The translations under genes were made by a program, and so were the position numbers. Below the pieces are notes generated by a model. That model was not told the DNA's origin. It did no database searches and saw nothing but the letters and a program-made list of their open reading frames with translations. Of a DNA stretch of 64,000 bases, positions 52,956 through 64,000 are shown one piece after another. The DNA is taken from NCBI RefSeq assembly GCF_006345805.1, contig NC_043011.1:29338464-29402463 (forward strand), in the 5' to 3' direction. Numbering within the stretch: the first letter of the stretch is position 1; each line of letters opens with the position of its first letter. Origin of the DNA: Octopus sinensis. Taxonomy: Eukaryota.

Positions 52956-54046
52956 CATCATTATCATCACCATCGTTGTTTAACGTCCACTTTCCATGCT
53001 GGTATGGGTTGGATGGTTTGACTGAGGACTGGCAAACCAGGAGGCTGTGCCAGGCTCCAACCTTATCTGGAAAGGTTTCTGCAGCTGGATGCCCTTACTA
53101 ACGCCAACCACTCCAAAAGTGTAGTAGGTGCTTTTTACATGCCACTGGCATGGAGGCCAGTCAGGTGGCACTGGCGTTGACCATGCTCAAATGGTGCTTT
53201 TTGCGTGTCTCCATCACAGAAGCCAGTCTGGTGGCACTGGCATCAACCATGCTCAAATGGTAGTTTTTACATGCCACCGGCATGGGTACCAATCAAGCAG
53301 TACTGGTATCAGCCATGACAGTGATTTTACTAGACTCAATAGGTCTTCTCAAGCACAGCACATTGCCTGATGATTGAAGGGAACTCTTAAATGGGCTGGT
53401 TATGTAACATTGGCATATGCCATAGCTACAATCTCACTTAGCTTGCCGGGTCTTCTCAAGCACAGCATATCGCCAAAAGTCACAGTCGTTTGTCATCACC
53501 TCTGTGAAGCCCAATGTTCGAAGGTCATGCTTCACCACCTCATCCCAGGTCTTCCAGAGTCTACATCTTCCACAGTTAGAGATTGGCACTTCTTTTTACA
53601 TCCAAATGTAACACATGACCATACCAACACAGTCGTCTCCCTTGCACACCACACCTGATGCTTCTTTTGTCCAACTTTTCTCTCAGGGTGCTTACACTCT
53701 GTCATATATGCACACTAACATTACACATCCAGTGGAGCAAACTAGCTTCATTTCTTTCAAGCCTATGCATTTCCTCAGCAGTCACAGCCCATGTTTCACT
53801 GCCATGTAGTATGGCTGTTCACACACATGTATCATACAGTCTACCTTTCACTGTGAGTGAGAGGCCCTTCATTACCAGCATAGGTAGGAGCTGTCTGAAC
53901 TTTGCCCAGGCTATTCTTATTCTAGCAGCTATGCTCTCAGAACATCCATCTCCACTACTAACTTGGTCACCTAGGTAATGGAAGCTATGGACTACTTCTA
54001 GATTTTCCCCCTGGCACATGCTGGAATATAATATATGCACGTCCAC
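52956..54046 (-). mobile_element. 5'-truncated RTE-clade LINE (ORF2 C-terminus, 3' UTR, (GAT)n tail)
   Basis: LEVVHSFHYLGDQV...RIRIAWAKFRQLLPML...KGRLYDTCV*TAILHGSETW...RRLCWYGHV...KTWDEVVKHDL; ORF ends about 53437, followed by a family B-type UTR. Confidence 0.9.
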
Positions 54047-54445
54047 AAATTAGCACGCATGTCGCTCCAATTTTTGGAGGACATTCATCATGATCCTAGC
54101 TGTATTTTCGTCAACTTACTTTTCCCAGAGGCACCAGCGAATAGCAGCAAAAATAAATTTTCAACCAAAACTTTTAACAATTTTCAAGTCAGAGAAATCA
54201 CCATTGTTTGCAAACAGGAGTTAAGTCCCCTTCTAGTGACGAGTAAGTTTTTGTGAAGACTTTTGTTGTTTTTTTCCATCGAGGAAAAAAGAGTTTTGTT
54301 GATAAACGGGCAACACACACACACACGAACATGTATGCGTACAAAAAACATGTATGCAATAGGTGTACGTATGTGTGTGTATGTGTGTTGCCCATATATA
54401 TAAACCAATTTCAATGGATTTCGCCCAGATTTGACGTCAATGTTA
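54040..54445. promoter_or_regulatory. Locally CpG-retaining unique segment with CRE-like palindrome; possible promoter or first exon
   Basis: About 13 CpG in 400 bp; TTGACGTCAA at 54431-54440; CCAAT near 54405; GA|GTAAGT donor-like site at 54243. Confidence 0.25.
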
Positions 54446-54569
54446 CTTAGTTTGGTTTGAAATAAAGAACTTGATTAGCATAATAATCCTAATTTAATCA
54501 TGGGCAAAGCCAGGTTATACTGCTAGTAGTCAATAAAAGAGATATCTAAAGAATAGAGCAGTAATTATT

Positions 54570-54964
54570 ACAACAAAAATTAAAATTTTGGACAAAGAGT
54601 TACCAAAGGTTTCAGACTCTATACAAAGACAAAAAGTTTTAATTTTCTATGTCGAGGATGTGAGGAAACGCTCAAAAATCAAGATTTAAGTCTTAATACA
54701 TAAAAACATTATGAGGATGGCTTGTCTCCTCTGAACCAGAGGATGAAACAACCTTTATAGATAAGAGAAAGCTTAACCAGCAAACAGGGAAATCCGATTT
54801 TCTGGTAGGTAGCACTTGAAGTGGACACATTTAGAAAAAACTTAAGAATTTTGGCTCTCTCCACAATGAAGAGTTTGTATAGAGTCTGACGAGCTGTCCA
54901 CAAGGCTTTGGCTTTGTGGATTTGAAACCTTTGGTAAATCTATGTCCAAAATTAAAACTTTTGT

Positions 54965-54967
<3 letters not shown>
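54570..54967 (+). mobile_element. Penelope-like/retrozyme-like element ending in (TA)n, with 5' inverted partial copy
   Basis: 54570-54646 is an inverted copy of the 3' end that lacks the ribozyme stem II. Confidence 0.7.
54880..54942 (+). ncRNA. Type I hammerhead ribozyme motif with canonical core
   Basis: TAGAGT CTGACGA GCTG TCCACAAGGC TTTG GCTTTGTGGA TTT GAAA CC TTT GG TA AATCTA; predicted cleavage after A54936. Confidence 0.75.
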
Positions 54968-55025
<58 letters not shown>

Positions 55026-55384
55026 ATACATATACATATACATACATATATATATATATATGCATATGTGATGGGCTTCTTTCAGTTTCTTATTTCTTTA
55101 TTGTCCACAAGGGGCTAAACATAGAAGGGACAAACAAAGTCGGACAAAGGGATTAAGTCAATTACATTGACCCCAGTGCACAACTGGTACTTAATTTATC
55201 GACTCTGAAAGGATGAAAGGCAAAGTCGACCTCAGAAGAATTTGAACTCAGAATGTAATGGCAGATGAAATACCACTAAGCATTTCACCCGGCATGCTAA
55301 CATTTCTGCTAGCTTGCCACCTTAGCTTTCCGCCACTTCTTCCAGTTTCTGCCAACGACATCCATTTACTGACATGCTTTTTAA

Positions 55385-55610
55385 CCCATTTGTTACCAAA
55401 TTCTGGTTAAGCTACATTGCATTTGTTTCAATTAATTTTTAAAATAACGAAGAAATTGTTAAAATAATTTTGTTATTACTAAGCGGTACTTCAAACATAA
55501 ATTGACATAAAATTTTGTTGGAAAGTTTTAATTTAAATAAATTTAAAAAAAAGGAAGTTTGTATCCCCCAAATCAGAGGCAGTCTCAGGTGGGTTCATAT
55601 CAAAAAAGGG
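55385..55610 (+). mobile_element. piggyBac-type MITE
   Basis: TTAA|CCCATTTGTTAC...ATCAAAAAAGGG|CTAA; related to 48254-48469. Confidence 0.7.
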
Positions 55611-55762
55611 CTAAAATTAAAATTGTTGGGGTACATTAAGTTTTGTTAGAGACACAAAATTAATAGCTAAACAATTAAATGTCACATCATGTCATCAGTT
55701 ACACATCTAATTGTACTCAAGAGTGGTCATATCTGAAACATGTTTCATACACCCACGCTTTG

Positions 55763-55791
55763 CTGATGAGATCAAATATGATTGAAACATA
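55763..55791 (+). ncRNA. Decayed hammerhead-like motif
   Basis: CTGATGA GATCA AATA TGATT GAAAC ATA; two CpG-to-TpG reversions give a canonical core; stem I poor. Confidence 0.4.
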
Positions 55792-56349
55792 AATTATCTC
55801 CCATAATTAACAAAAAAAAAAATTTTAATAATCAATCATTAATATTGTGTTGTTGGTTTTTTTTTGTTTTTGTTGCTGTAGTTTCATTTTTCCCTAATTG
55901 ATTAATTATTTCTAATTAGCTGTTTGATGTCTTCTGAAATAAATATGTTAACATTAAGTTTTGTTTGGTAGTGAGATTGACTATGTCTGTATGATTACCA
56001 ACACATTGACTAACTGAGATAAGAGTTATGATGATGATGATGATGATGATCATAATGATGGTGATGATGATTTCATTTGACCAGTCACATGACTGGCACT
56101 CCATCGGTTATGCCAATGAGAGTTCCAGTTGATCCAATCAACAGAACAGTCTGCTCATGAAATTAACGTGCAAGTGGCTGAGCACTCCACAGACATGCAT
56201 ACCCACGATGTATCACGTCACCCCATAAGTTCTGCCCAATTTTACCTTTTTTAAAACTGAATGAAATCTAATAGTATTTTAGAATGTCTAATGGTATTAT
56301 TTTTATGCATTTGTGTACATTTAAACTAATTAATTACAGAATAATAGAA

Positions 56350-56634
56350 CCAAACAGTTCTAAATTTAAGAGATGAGGAATTATGTACATTATTTACATT
56401 CAACGGATATTTGTCCTCATCTTGTTTGTTGTTAACACAACGTTTCAGCTGATATACTCTCCAGCCTTTTTCAGGTGTCTTGGGGAAATTTCGAACCTGG
56501 GTTCTCATTCCTAAGGTATTTTTCGATGTTATTATTATTATTATTATTATTATTATCGTTGTTGTTCAGGTCACTGCTTGGAATCGAAGTCGGGATCTTG
56601 GGGTTAGTAGCCTGCACTCTTAACCACTATGGGC
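56350..56634 (-). mobile_element. Element with tRNA-like head, (AAT)n spacer and hammerhead-containing body
   Basis: Minus-strand head CATAGTGGTTAAGAGTGCAGG...ACTTCGATTCC, then (AAT)n, then hammerhead at 56435-56478. Confidence 0.65.
56435..56478 (-). ncRNA. Type I hammerhead motif (G8A in this copy)
   Basis: ACAC CUGAAAA A GGCUG GAGAGUAUAU CAGCU GAAAC GUU GUGU; palindromic AACGUU stem III. Confidence 0.65.
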
Positions 56635-58203
56635 ATATAGTGTGGTGGTTAAGAGCGTTTTGTCTTGGTATAAAAGATGGGCTACAGCAAATATTCTACT
56701 CACTACCACAGATTTGCTTGTCAGTTTTTTTTACCTTAGCCAGTTGAGTATGTCCTTTGGTGGCTAATGATATGTGCATCTCTGATCATCAACAGAAATA
56801 TTGAGAGTGCATCATAGCTATGTGTTGAGAGGAATTCTTTGGAGTTTGCATAATTCACCTCTGGAAACATGGGTGCTTTGTTCATCATCCTTAAACAACC
56901 CTTAATCAGGGACCTTTTGAGCAGGATGGGCTATTAAGCCTGACGAAAATTCTAACTGGGCCCCACCTGCAAGGTCATGCACTGTTTACTTTGATATGAG
57001 ATCACTATGTCGTGCACATATGGTTGTGATGCATATGCCTGGTGTATCCTTATCAGACAGGTAGTCATGTGTCACTTTGATGGTATGCACTGCTGTCTCA
57101 CTCAATCATCATAATAATAATAATAATGATTTCACTTATTTGCCACCTGGGCAAAGGATGAGGGGGACAATAGAAAAACAGATATAAATGGAGGGAGTTT
57201 ACATATAATGAAATTATGAAATAATTATAAAAAAATAAAGCAAGCATACATGGTATACAATGAAAAGGAAGGGATATATGCATAGTATACAAAAGTTTAA
57301 AACAAAAAAGGGGGCAGGGAATCTGGTAGAGATGTAGCCCTCCTGATACGGGATACCTCTAGGGATAATCGAGGAACCCCACTGTTTGAAATTTCGTTTA
57401 ACATCAAGAGCATGTGCCCTCTCCACTTCCTTCTCTCTGACTCACAGGTCTACACTTAGAGAGGTACCATCCACTTTTGCCATTTTTGCAACTTTCACCC
57501 ACCTTTCAATAAACACGTTTGAGGACAGCACTTCACTCTCCACTCTCAATTTCCTTTCCAAGTGAACTTGACTTCTTCAAAGAAGTCATCCTGTATCACG
57601 ATGGCTACATCTCTATCATCCACCCCTGAAATATTTTTTTAAACCTTTATAAATAATTTCATATTTTGGCACAAGGCCAGCAATTTCCAGGTAGAGTGCC
57701 AACGATTCTACCAGCTTGCCACCTTAATAATAATGATGATGATGATGATGAAGGTGATGATGATGATGATAACGATAACAACAACAACAACAGTAATAAC
57801 AACAACAACATGAAACTCCTTTCTACTGTAGGTGCAAGGCCTGAAATTTGTGGGGAGGGGACTAGTCACTTCCACTGACGCCAGTGTTTCACTGGTACTT
57901 AATTTATCAACCCTGAAAGGATGAAAAGCAAAGTCTACTTTGGCAGAATTTGAACAGAATGTAAGGACGGACAAAATACTGGTATGCATTTCGCCCAGCA
58001 TGCAAATGATTCTACCAGCTCGCCACCTTAATAATAATAATAATAATAATAATGGCGGTGCCCCAGCATGGCTACATATGGTTGTGATGCGTGTGCCTAG
58101 TGTACCCTTATCAGATGGGTAGTCATAATGGGTATACTGGGCTTCGTATATTTTACCCCAGTGTCACTTTAATGGCATGCACTGCTCTCTCACTCAATAA
58201 TAA

Positions 58204-58204
<1 letters not shown>

Positions 58205-58234
<30 letters not shown>

Positions 58235-58282
58235 AAGAAGAAGAAGAAGAAGAAGAAGAAGAAGAAGAAGAAGAAGAAGAAG
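58205..58282 (+). repeat. Pure (GAA)n microsatellite
   Basis: Direct reading. Confidence 0.95.
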
Positions 58283-58653
58283 AATTTTTTCTGCTATGGG
58301 CACAAAGTCTGAAATTTATTTGGTAGGGTAGGGGTGGATGGTTACTCAATTTCTTCAACTCCAGTGCTCAACTGATAATAATTTCATTGATCCCAAAAGG
58401 ATGAAGGGAAAATTGATTTTGGCAGAATTTGAACTCAGAACAGCCTGATACAGGAACAATTTCTTCTAGAAAATGGGATGAACATCACAAAGAAACATAT
58501 TACCAAACTACATCCATCTTATGAGATGAGTCTGTTAAAACTGGTTTCATTTCAGAGTTGAAATCACACCAGTTCATTTCACTTCATCTGTGGCACCATT
58601 GATATTAGTGGAAAATGGTGCGACAATTATATGGCCTTATTTTGCTTCTTTAA

Positions 58654-58875
58654 CCCTTTAGCATTTAAACCGGCCATATCCGGCCAAAAGTATTCTGCCT
58701 GTTTTATGTTCAAACTGGCCAGATTTGGTCTCTCACACCAACCCTACAATATCGTTTTAAAAATTAACAGCTACCTCATCAAAATCTCAAAGCTACAAGA
58801 TTAATGAATGATTAGTTCAAAACAATGTGGATGAAAAGGCATTAACTTTGGCAGAATAATGTGAACACTAAAGGG
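58654..58875 (+). mobile_element. piggyBac-type MITE
   Basis: Perfect TTAA TSDs; TIR CCCTTTAG/CTAAAGGG. Confidence 0.88.
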
Positions 58876-59139
58876 TTAATAAATGCATAAATGGTAAGAC
58901 TTGAATCACAGATACCAAAAAGAAAAAAAAAAGCGGTAAAGAAAAACAAAAAACATCAAAAACAAAAAAAAAAGACAAAATAATTAAAAAGTTAATCAAT
59001 TCTTCTTTATAAACTTCAGTGCAGAAAGCATAAGGTAGAAAGTAAACGACAAGAAAGTTGAGAAAAGGAAATGGTTTCAATTCCTTGTAAATGTTAAGTC
59101 ACTTCTCTTAATTTATTCTGCAAATGTTCTTAAGTGCAA

Positions 59140-59174
<35 letters not shown>

Positions 59175-59573
59175 ATCCTAATCTTTAACTTTAAAAACCC
59201 TATGACATGGTGTCAAATTGTGGCTTACAAAAAGAGAATATTTAAAAAAAATGAAGGAAAGAAATACTTGCGACCAAAATACACACACACACACATATAG
59301 ACACACACTAACACACACACACACACACTCATAAACACAAATGTGTGTGAAAACTCCCATGCACTTAATACCAGCAAAACAAACATGATATAATTCTCTT
59401 TAAAAACGAGTTTCATTGCTCAATAAATAGAAAAAAATAATGTAACTTCAAAAAATTCTTTAAAAATTTTTAAATACACACACACATATATATATGTATG
59501 TACACACACATATATATATATGTATGTGTGTATATGTATATATATCTATATATATATATTATATATATACATA

Positions 59574-59787
59574 GGGAGAATTCACAAAAAAAATAAACGA
59601 AAGACGAAGACAGGTAGTGTAGAAAACAAATAGATGTATTAGTATAATGCTCAGGAATTGAGAAAGTCTTTTACGTTTTGAGCCTATGCTCTTCCACAGA
59701 AAGGAACACAGAAAGAAACAAGGAGAGAAACAAGGAAAGAAAAAAAACTGCGTAATGTCTACCGATCTATCATGGCGACTGCCAGAC
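59574..59787 (-). mobile_element. Family H1 copy
   Basis: Motif at 59668-59703 with G12A; microsatellite flanks. Confidence 0.75.
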
Positions 59788-61845
59788 AAATATATATATA
59801 TATATATATTTATGTATATAGATGCATGTGTGTGTGTGTATATGTATGTATGTATGAAGGTGCTTTGTGAAGGTGCATGGCTTAGTAGTTAGGGTGTTGC
59901 GCTCCCAATTGTGAGATTGTGGGTTTCATTTCCAGACCAGGCCTTGCATAGTATTCTTAAGCAAAGCACTTCATTTCATGTTGCTCTATAATCGTTTCAT
60001 CATCTGACATGGGGCATGTATATATTGATTTGATGGAGGGAGTGAGTTTATGTCAACACACAAACATTTGATCACTATAAATATATTATCCGTGTGGTTG
60101 TTCAGCAAGAAATTGCAGAACCCTCCTATGTCATCTAATGATGGGAGAGTCCATGATGTATACATACATATGTAGCTGTGTGTATGTAGATATATATACA
60201 CACATTTATGCATACACAAACACACACACACACACACACACGCACACACACTCACACACACACACACACACGCTCACACACACATGCACACACACACACC
60301 ATGTTATGTATAATCTCATGTGACCTCAAAATAAGAATTTTCTTCTTTCTAACAGCAATACATTACAAATATTTTATTGCCATTTTCTGAACAAGAAAAA
60401 GCCAAAACGAAAATAAATATAATAACTAAGGCGGGAGAGTATGAAGATTGTTGTGAGATGGTTTCAGCTTTGAAGTGCATATGTACAGCAATTGAAAAAC
60501 ATGTAAAAGTGCCTGTGCTGTAGACATTTAATGTCCATTGTCCATGCTAGCATGGGTTGGACGATTTGACCAGGGCTGGAAAGCTGAGGAGCTGCACCAG
60601 ACTCCAGTCTAATTTGGCATGAATTCTACAACTGGATGCCCTTCCTAATACGAACTTTGAGCTTCTTTCAATTTCTGCCTACCAAATACACCCACAAGTC
60701 TTTGGTCGGCTGAGGCCATAGTAGAAGGTTCCATGCAGTGGGACTGAACCCAGAACCAAGTGGTTGAGAAGCAAGCTTCTTTCCACACAGCCACGCCTGC
60801 ACCAATGTAGACATCACCCAACACATTCTGTAAAGTGGTTGATATTAGGAAGGGCTTCCAGCTGTAGAAGCCTTGCCAAATCAGACTGAAACTTATGGCC
60901 GCTTTCCTGCTTGCCAGCTCTGGTCAAACTGTCCAGCCTATGCCAGCATGGAAATCAGATGTTGAATAATGATGATGATGATGATGATAATGATGGCGAC
61001 GATGATGATGGCGATGATGATGATGATGATGGCAATGATGATGCTGGCGATGATGATGATAATGATAATTATAGTGATGATGGAGATGATGATGATGTGC
61101 ATGTGCGCATGTGTGTGTAATTATGTTTATGTATATGTGTGTGTGTGTGTGTGCATATGTGTGTGTGTCTTTGTGTCTGTGTTTTTGTTCTAATTGGTGT
61201 CGGTTTGCTTACATCATCATATCCTGTAAGTTTGGCAAAAAGAGATTGATAGAACAAGTGCAGGCTGGAAAATAAGTACTAGGTCGATCTGTTTAGCTAA
61301 AACCCTTCAAAACGGGCACCCCAGCATGGCCACAGTCCAATGACTGAAACAAAAAAAAGACAAAAATACTATATGTACCAGTCAGGCTGTACTGGCAATG
61401 GCCATGCTCAGATGGTGCCTTTTACGTACCACCTGCACAGGAGCCAGTCCAGTGGCGCTGGCAAGGACCTCACTCAAATATTTTTTTCATATATATATAT
61501 ATATGTATGTACACAGTGGGCTTCTTTTAGTTTCCATCTACTAAATCTGCTCACTAGGCTTTAGTTGACCTGAGGCTTTAGTAAAAGACACTTGCCCAAG
61601 GTGCCACACAGTGGGACTGAACCTAGAACCATGTGGTTAGCATGGAAGCTTCTTCCAAATAGAAGTTGGATAGATTAATACAAGCATAGACACATACACT
61701 GTCTCATTCTGACAGACTCATTTATACACAATCTGTATTGGTCATATACCAACTCACACACATATAATGCACATTTGTGAAAATGTAGAATCAATGAGGT
61801 CATATGTTTGAGACAATGTGGTTGGCTAAAAAGAAACGAGTTGTG

Positions 61846-62048
61846 TATGAGGGGTGCAGAAAAATTCCTGGTTTTAGGGGTATCATGAAATGCCTGGTTG
61901 GAGGCCGAACCTTCTAAGTTCTTAGAAAAACTGAAAGACTGCTGCAATAAGTTTTTCTAAGCTCTGTAAAAAAACTTGGAATGTTGGGCCTCCAACTAGG
62001 CCTTTCACGACACCCTTAAAACCAGGAATTTTTCAGCACCCATTCATA
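61846..62048. mobile_element. Palindromic mariner-type MITE (two left ends of the 45631 family)
   Basis: Both ends match the left end of 45631-45853 (GGTTGGAGGCC / GGCCTCCAACT). Confidence 0.75.
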
Positions 62049-62129
62049 TACACAAATCTTTTATTGACTAGTCCAGTGACCCTATGATGGTTGGTATGCA
62101 CAAAAGTCTATAGCAATGATATATGAGCT

Positions 62130-62549
62130 ACTCTTTACTCTCTCTTTACTCTTTTACTTGTTTCAGTCATTTGACTGCGGCCATGCTGGAGCACCGCCTT
62201 TAATCGAGCAACTCGACCCCGGGACTTTATTCTTTTGTAAGCCCAGTACTTATTCTATCGGTCTCTTTTGCCGAACCGCTAAGTTACGGGGACGTAAGCA
62301 CACCAGCATCGGTTGTCAAGCAATGCTAGGGGACAAACACAGACACATAAACATACACGCACACACATATATATATACATATACACGACGGGCTTCTTTC
62401 AGTTTCCGTCTACCAAATCCACTCACAAGGCATTGGTCGGCCCGGGGCTATAGCAGAAGACACTTGCCCAAGGTGCAACGCAGTGGGACTGAACCCGGAA
62501 CCATGTGGTTGGTTAGTAAGCTACTTACCACACAGCCACTCCTGCGCCT
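62130..62549 (-). mobile_element. Young full-length family A SINE
   Basis: Most CpGs retained; complete head to tail. Confidence 0.92.
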
Positions 62550-62844
62550 ATAGGCTTTTCATTAGCTGTAGGCTTTCCATTAGAATCTTAGAAATACTCT
62601 CCCTTCCTCCAATTTTACTTGAGTCATTTGCATCTACTGGAGACCTCTGACCTCCAAAACATTGAATGGTTCTTATTTCCTGTCTCATAGAATAATATCA
62701 AGCCTATTATACTTGTATCAGCTTACTAATTTATTCTCTCTCTGCTTTTCTCTCTCTCTCACACACACATGTATGTACTCACAGCAACCAAAATCTCCAG
62801 TGGATTAACATTACAAGGAATCAACAGCTGCATGGTAATGAAAT

Positions 62845-63265
62845 AGCACAGGAGTGGCTGTGTGGTAAGTAGCTTGCTTACCAAACACATGGTTCTGGGT
62901 TCAGTCCCATTCATGGCACCTGGGCAAGTGTCTTCTACTATAGCGTCGGGCCGACCAAAATCTTGTGGGTGGATTTGGTAGATGGAAACTGAAAGAAGCC
63001 CATCATATATATGTAAATATATATGTATGTGTGTGTGTGTATATGTTTGTGTATATGTGTTTGTCCCCCCAACATCACTTGACAACCGATGCTGATGTGC
63101 TTATGTCCCCATAACTTAGCAGTTCAGTTCAGCAAAAGAGAGCGATAGAATAAGTGCTAGGCTTACAAAGAATAAGTCGTGGGATTGATTTGCTGGACTA
63201 AAAGTGGTGCTCCAGCATGGCCACAGTCAAATGACTGAAACACGTAAAAGAGTAAAAAGAGTAAG
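62845..63265 (+). mobile_element. Full-length family A SINE, head-to-head with the 62130 copy
   Basis: Complete head to tail. Confidence 0.9.
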
Positions 63266-64000
63266 AACTCTTTCTCATACCAAAGAAGTTGTGAAGAACT
63301 ACCTTCAGTGAGTTTGGAACTTAGCATCCACTGCAGCATTTATTGATGTATTTAATTATCATTTATTTTTTAAAAATAGAAATACTTCGCTCTAGAGGAG
63401 ATAAACAGGCACCCCAACAGGAAAATGAGATGAGATCAACAACACTACAAATTTAAATATAATATAAATATAAGCACAAGCTTGGCTGTGTGGCAAGAAG
63501 CATGCTTCCCAATAAAAAACAAAGAAAACTTTCTTTGGATTTCTAGGTTTTAAGTCTTGGAGATTATGATATTCTGCACATAGAATGTTTTTCAAAATTT
63601 TGGTTTCTTTTATTCTTCACTTCCTCTTTTGAGGAGTACATAACTCTGCATAATACATTTTCATTTCTGAGTTGGTCTGTTTGTAGATTTTACTTTTATT
63701 TCAAATATTCAAGAATACGATTCTAGAAAGAAAAAGAACTCCTAAAAAAAAAAACAACCCTGTAAAGTGAGTGTTTGGTGGGGTCAGTGACTACAGGGTA
63801 AGAATAGCTTCTGGAAATTAGGATTTAAAATTTAGAGTCTAAATTTGGGGTTTTACAGTTAAAAGGAGAAATGGACTTCAAAACGCTGCATTAGTTAATT
63901 TTTACTCTTAAATGTTTGCAAAGTTGTAATCTGCTATTTAAAGCAGAAATCTGAGTCTTTCTAATAAATACATGTATGTATGCGTGCATACACACACACA

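Noticed and set aside
62440-62549. tRNA-like sequences at SINE heads
   Set aside because: A/B boxes are present but there is no complete cloverleaf, and they continue into SINE bodies; not called tRNA genes

Overview
AT-rich eukaryotic window dominated by microsatellites and interspersed repeats. The SINE families, (TA)n/(GAT)n density and LINE remnants suggest an octopod cephalopod (inferred, not verified). No intact protein-coding gene is supportable; most ORF-track entries are translated microsatellites or SINEs. Recognisable content: decayed LINEs (CR1-clade 5.8-7.65 kb and 49.1 kb, R4/Dong-like 50.3-50.8 kb, RTE-clade 53-54 kb), several SINE-like families in dozens of copies, hAT, piggyBac-type and mariner MITEs with clear TSDs or TIRs, and an interstitial TTAGGG tract. 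The main result is a set of at least 8 unrelated short elements, mostly embedded in (TA)n tracts, that carry type I hammerhead-ribozyme motifs (CUGANGA-stem II-GAAA-short, often palindromic stem III-NUH). Several have the tandem-plus-inverted-partial-copy layout typical of Penelope-like element termini and retrozymes. They include a fully canonical core (54880-54942), a U3:A8 covariant core present twice (2983-3024, 3320-3361), a family with a conserved U6 variant, U4C variants, and one motif downstream of a tRNA-like head. All folds were made by eye and no activity is demonstrated.
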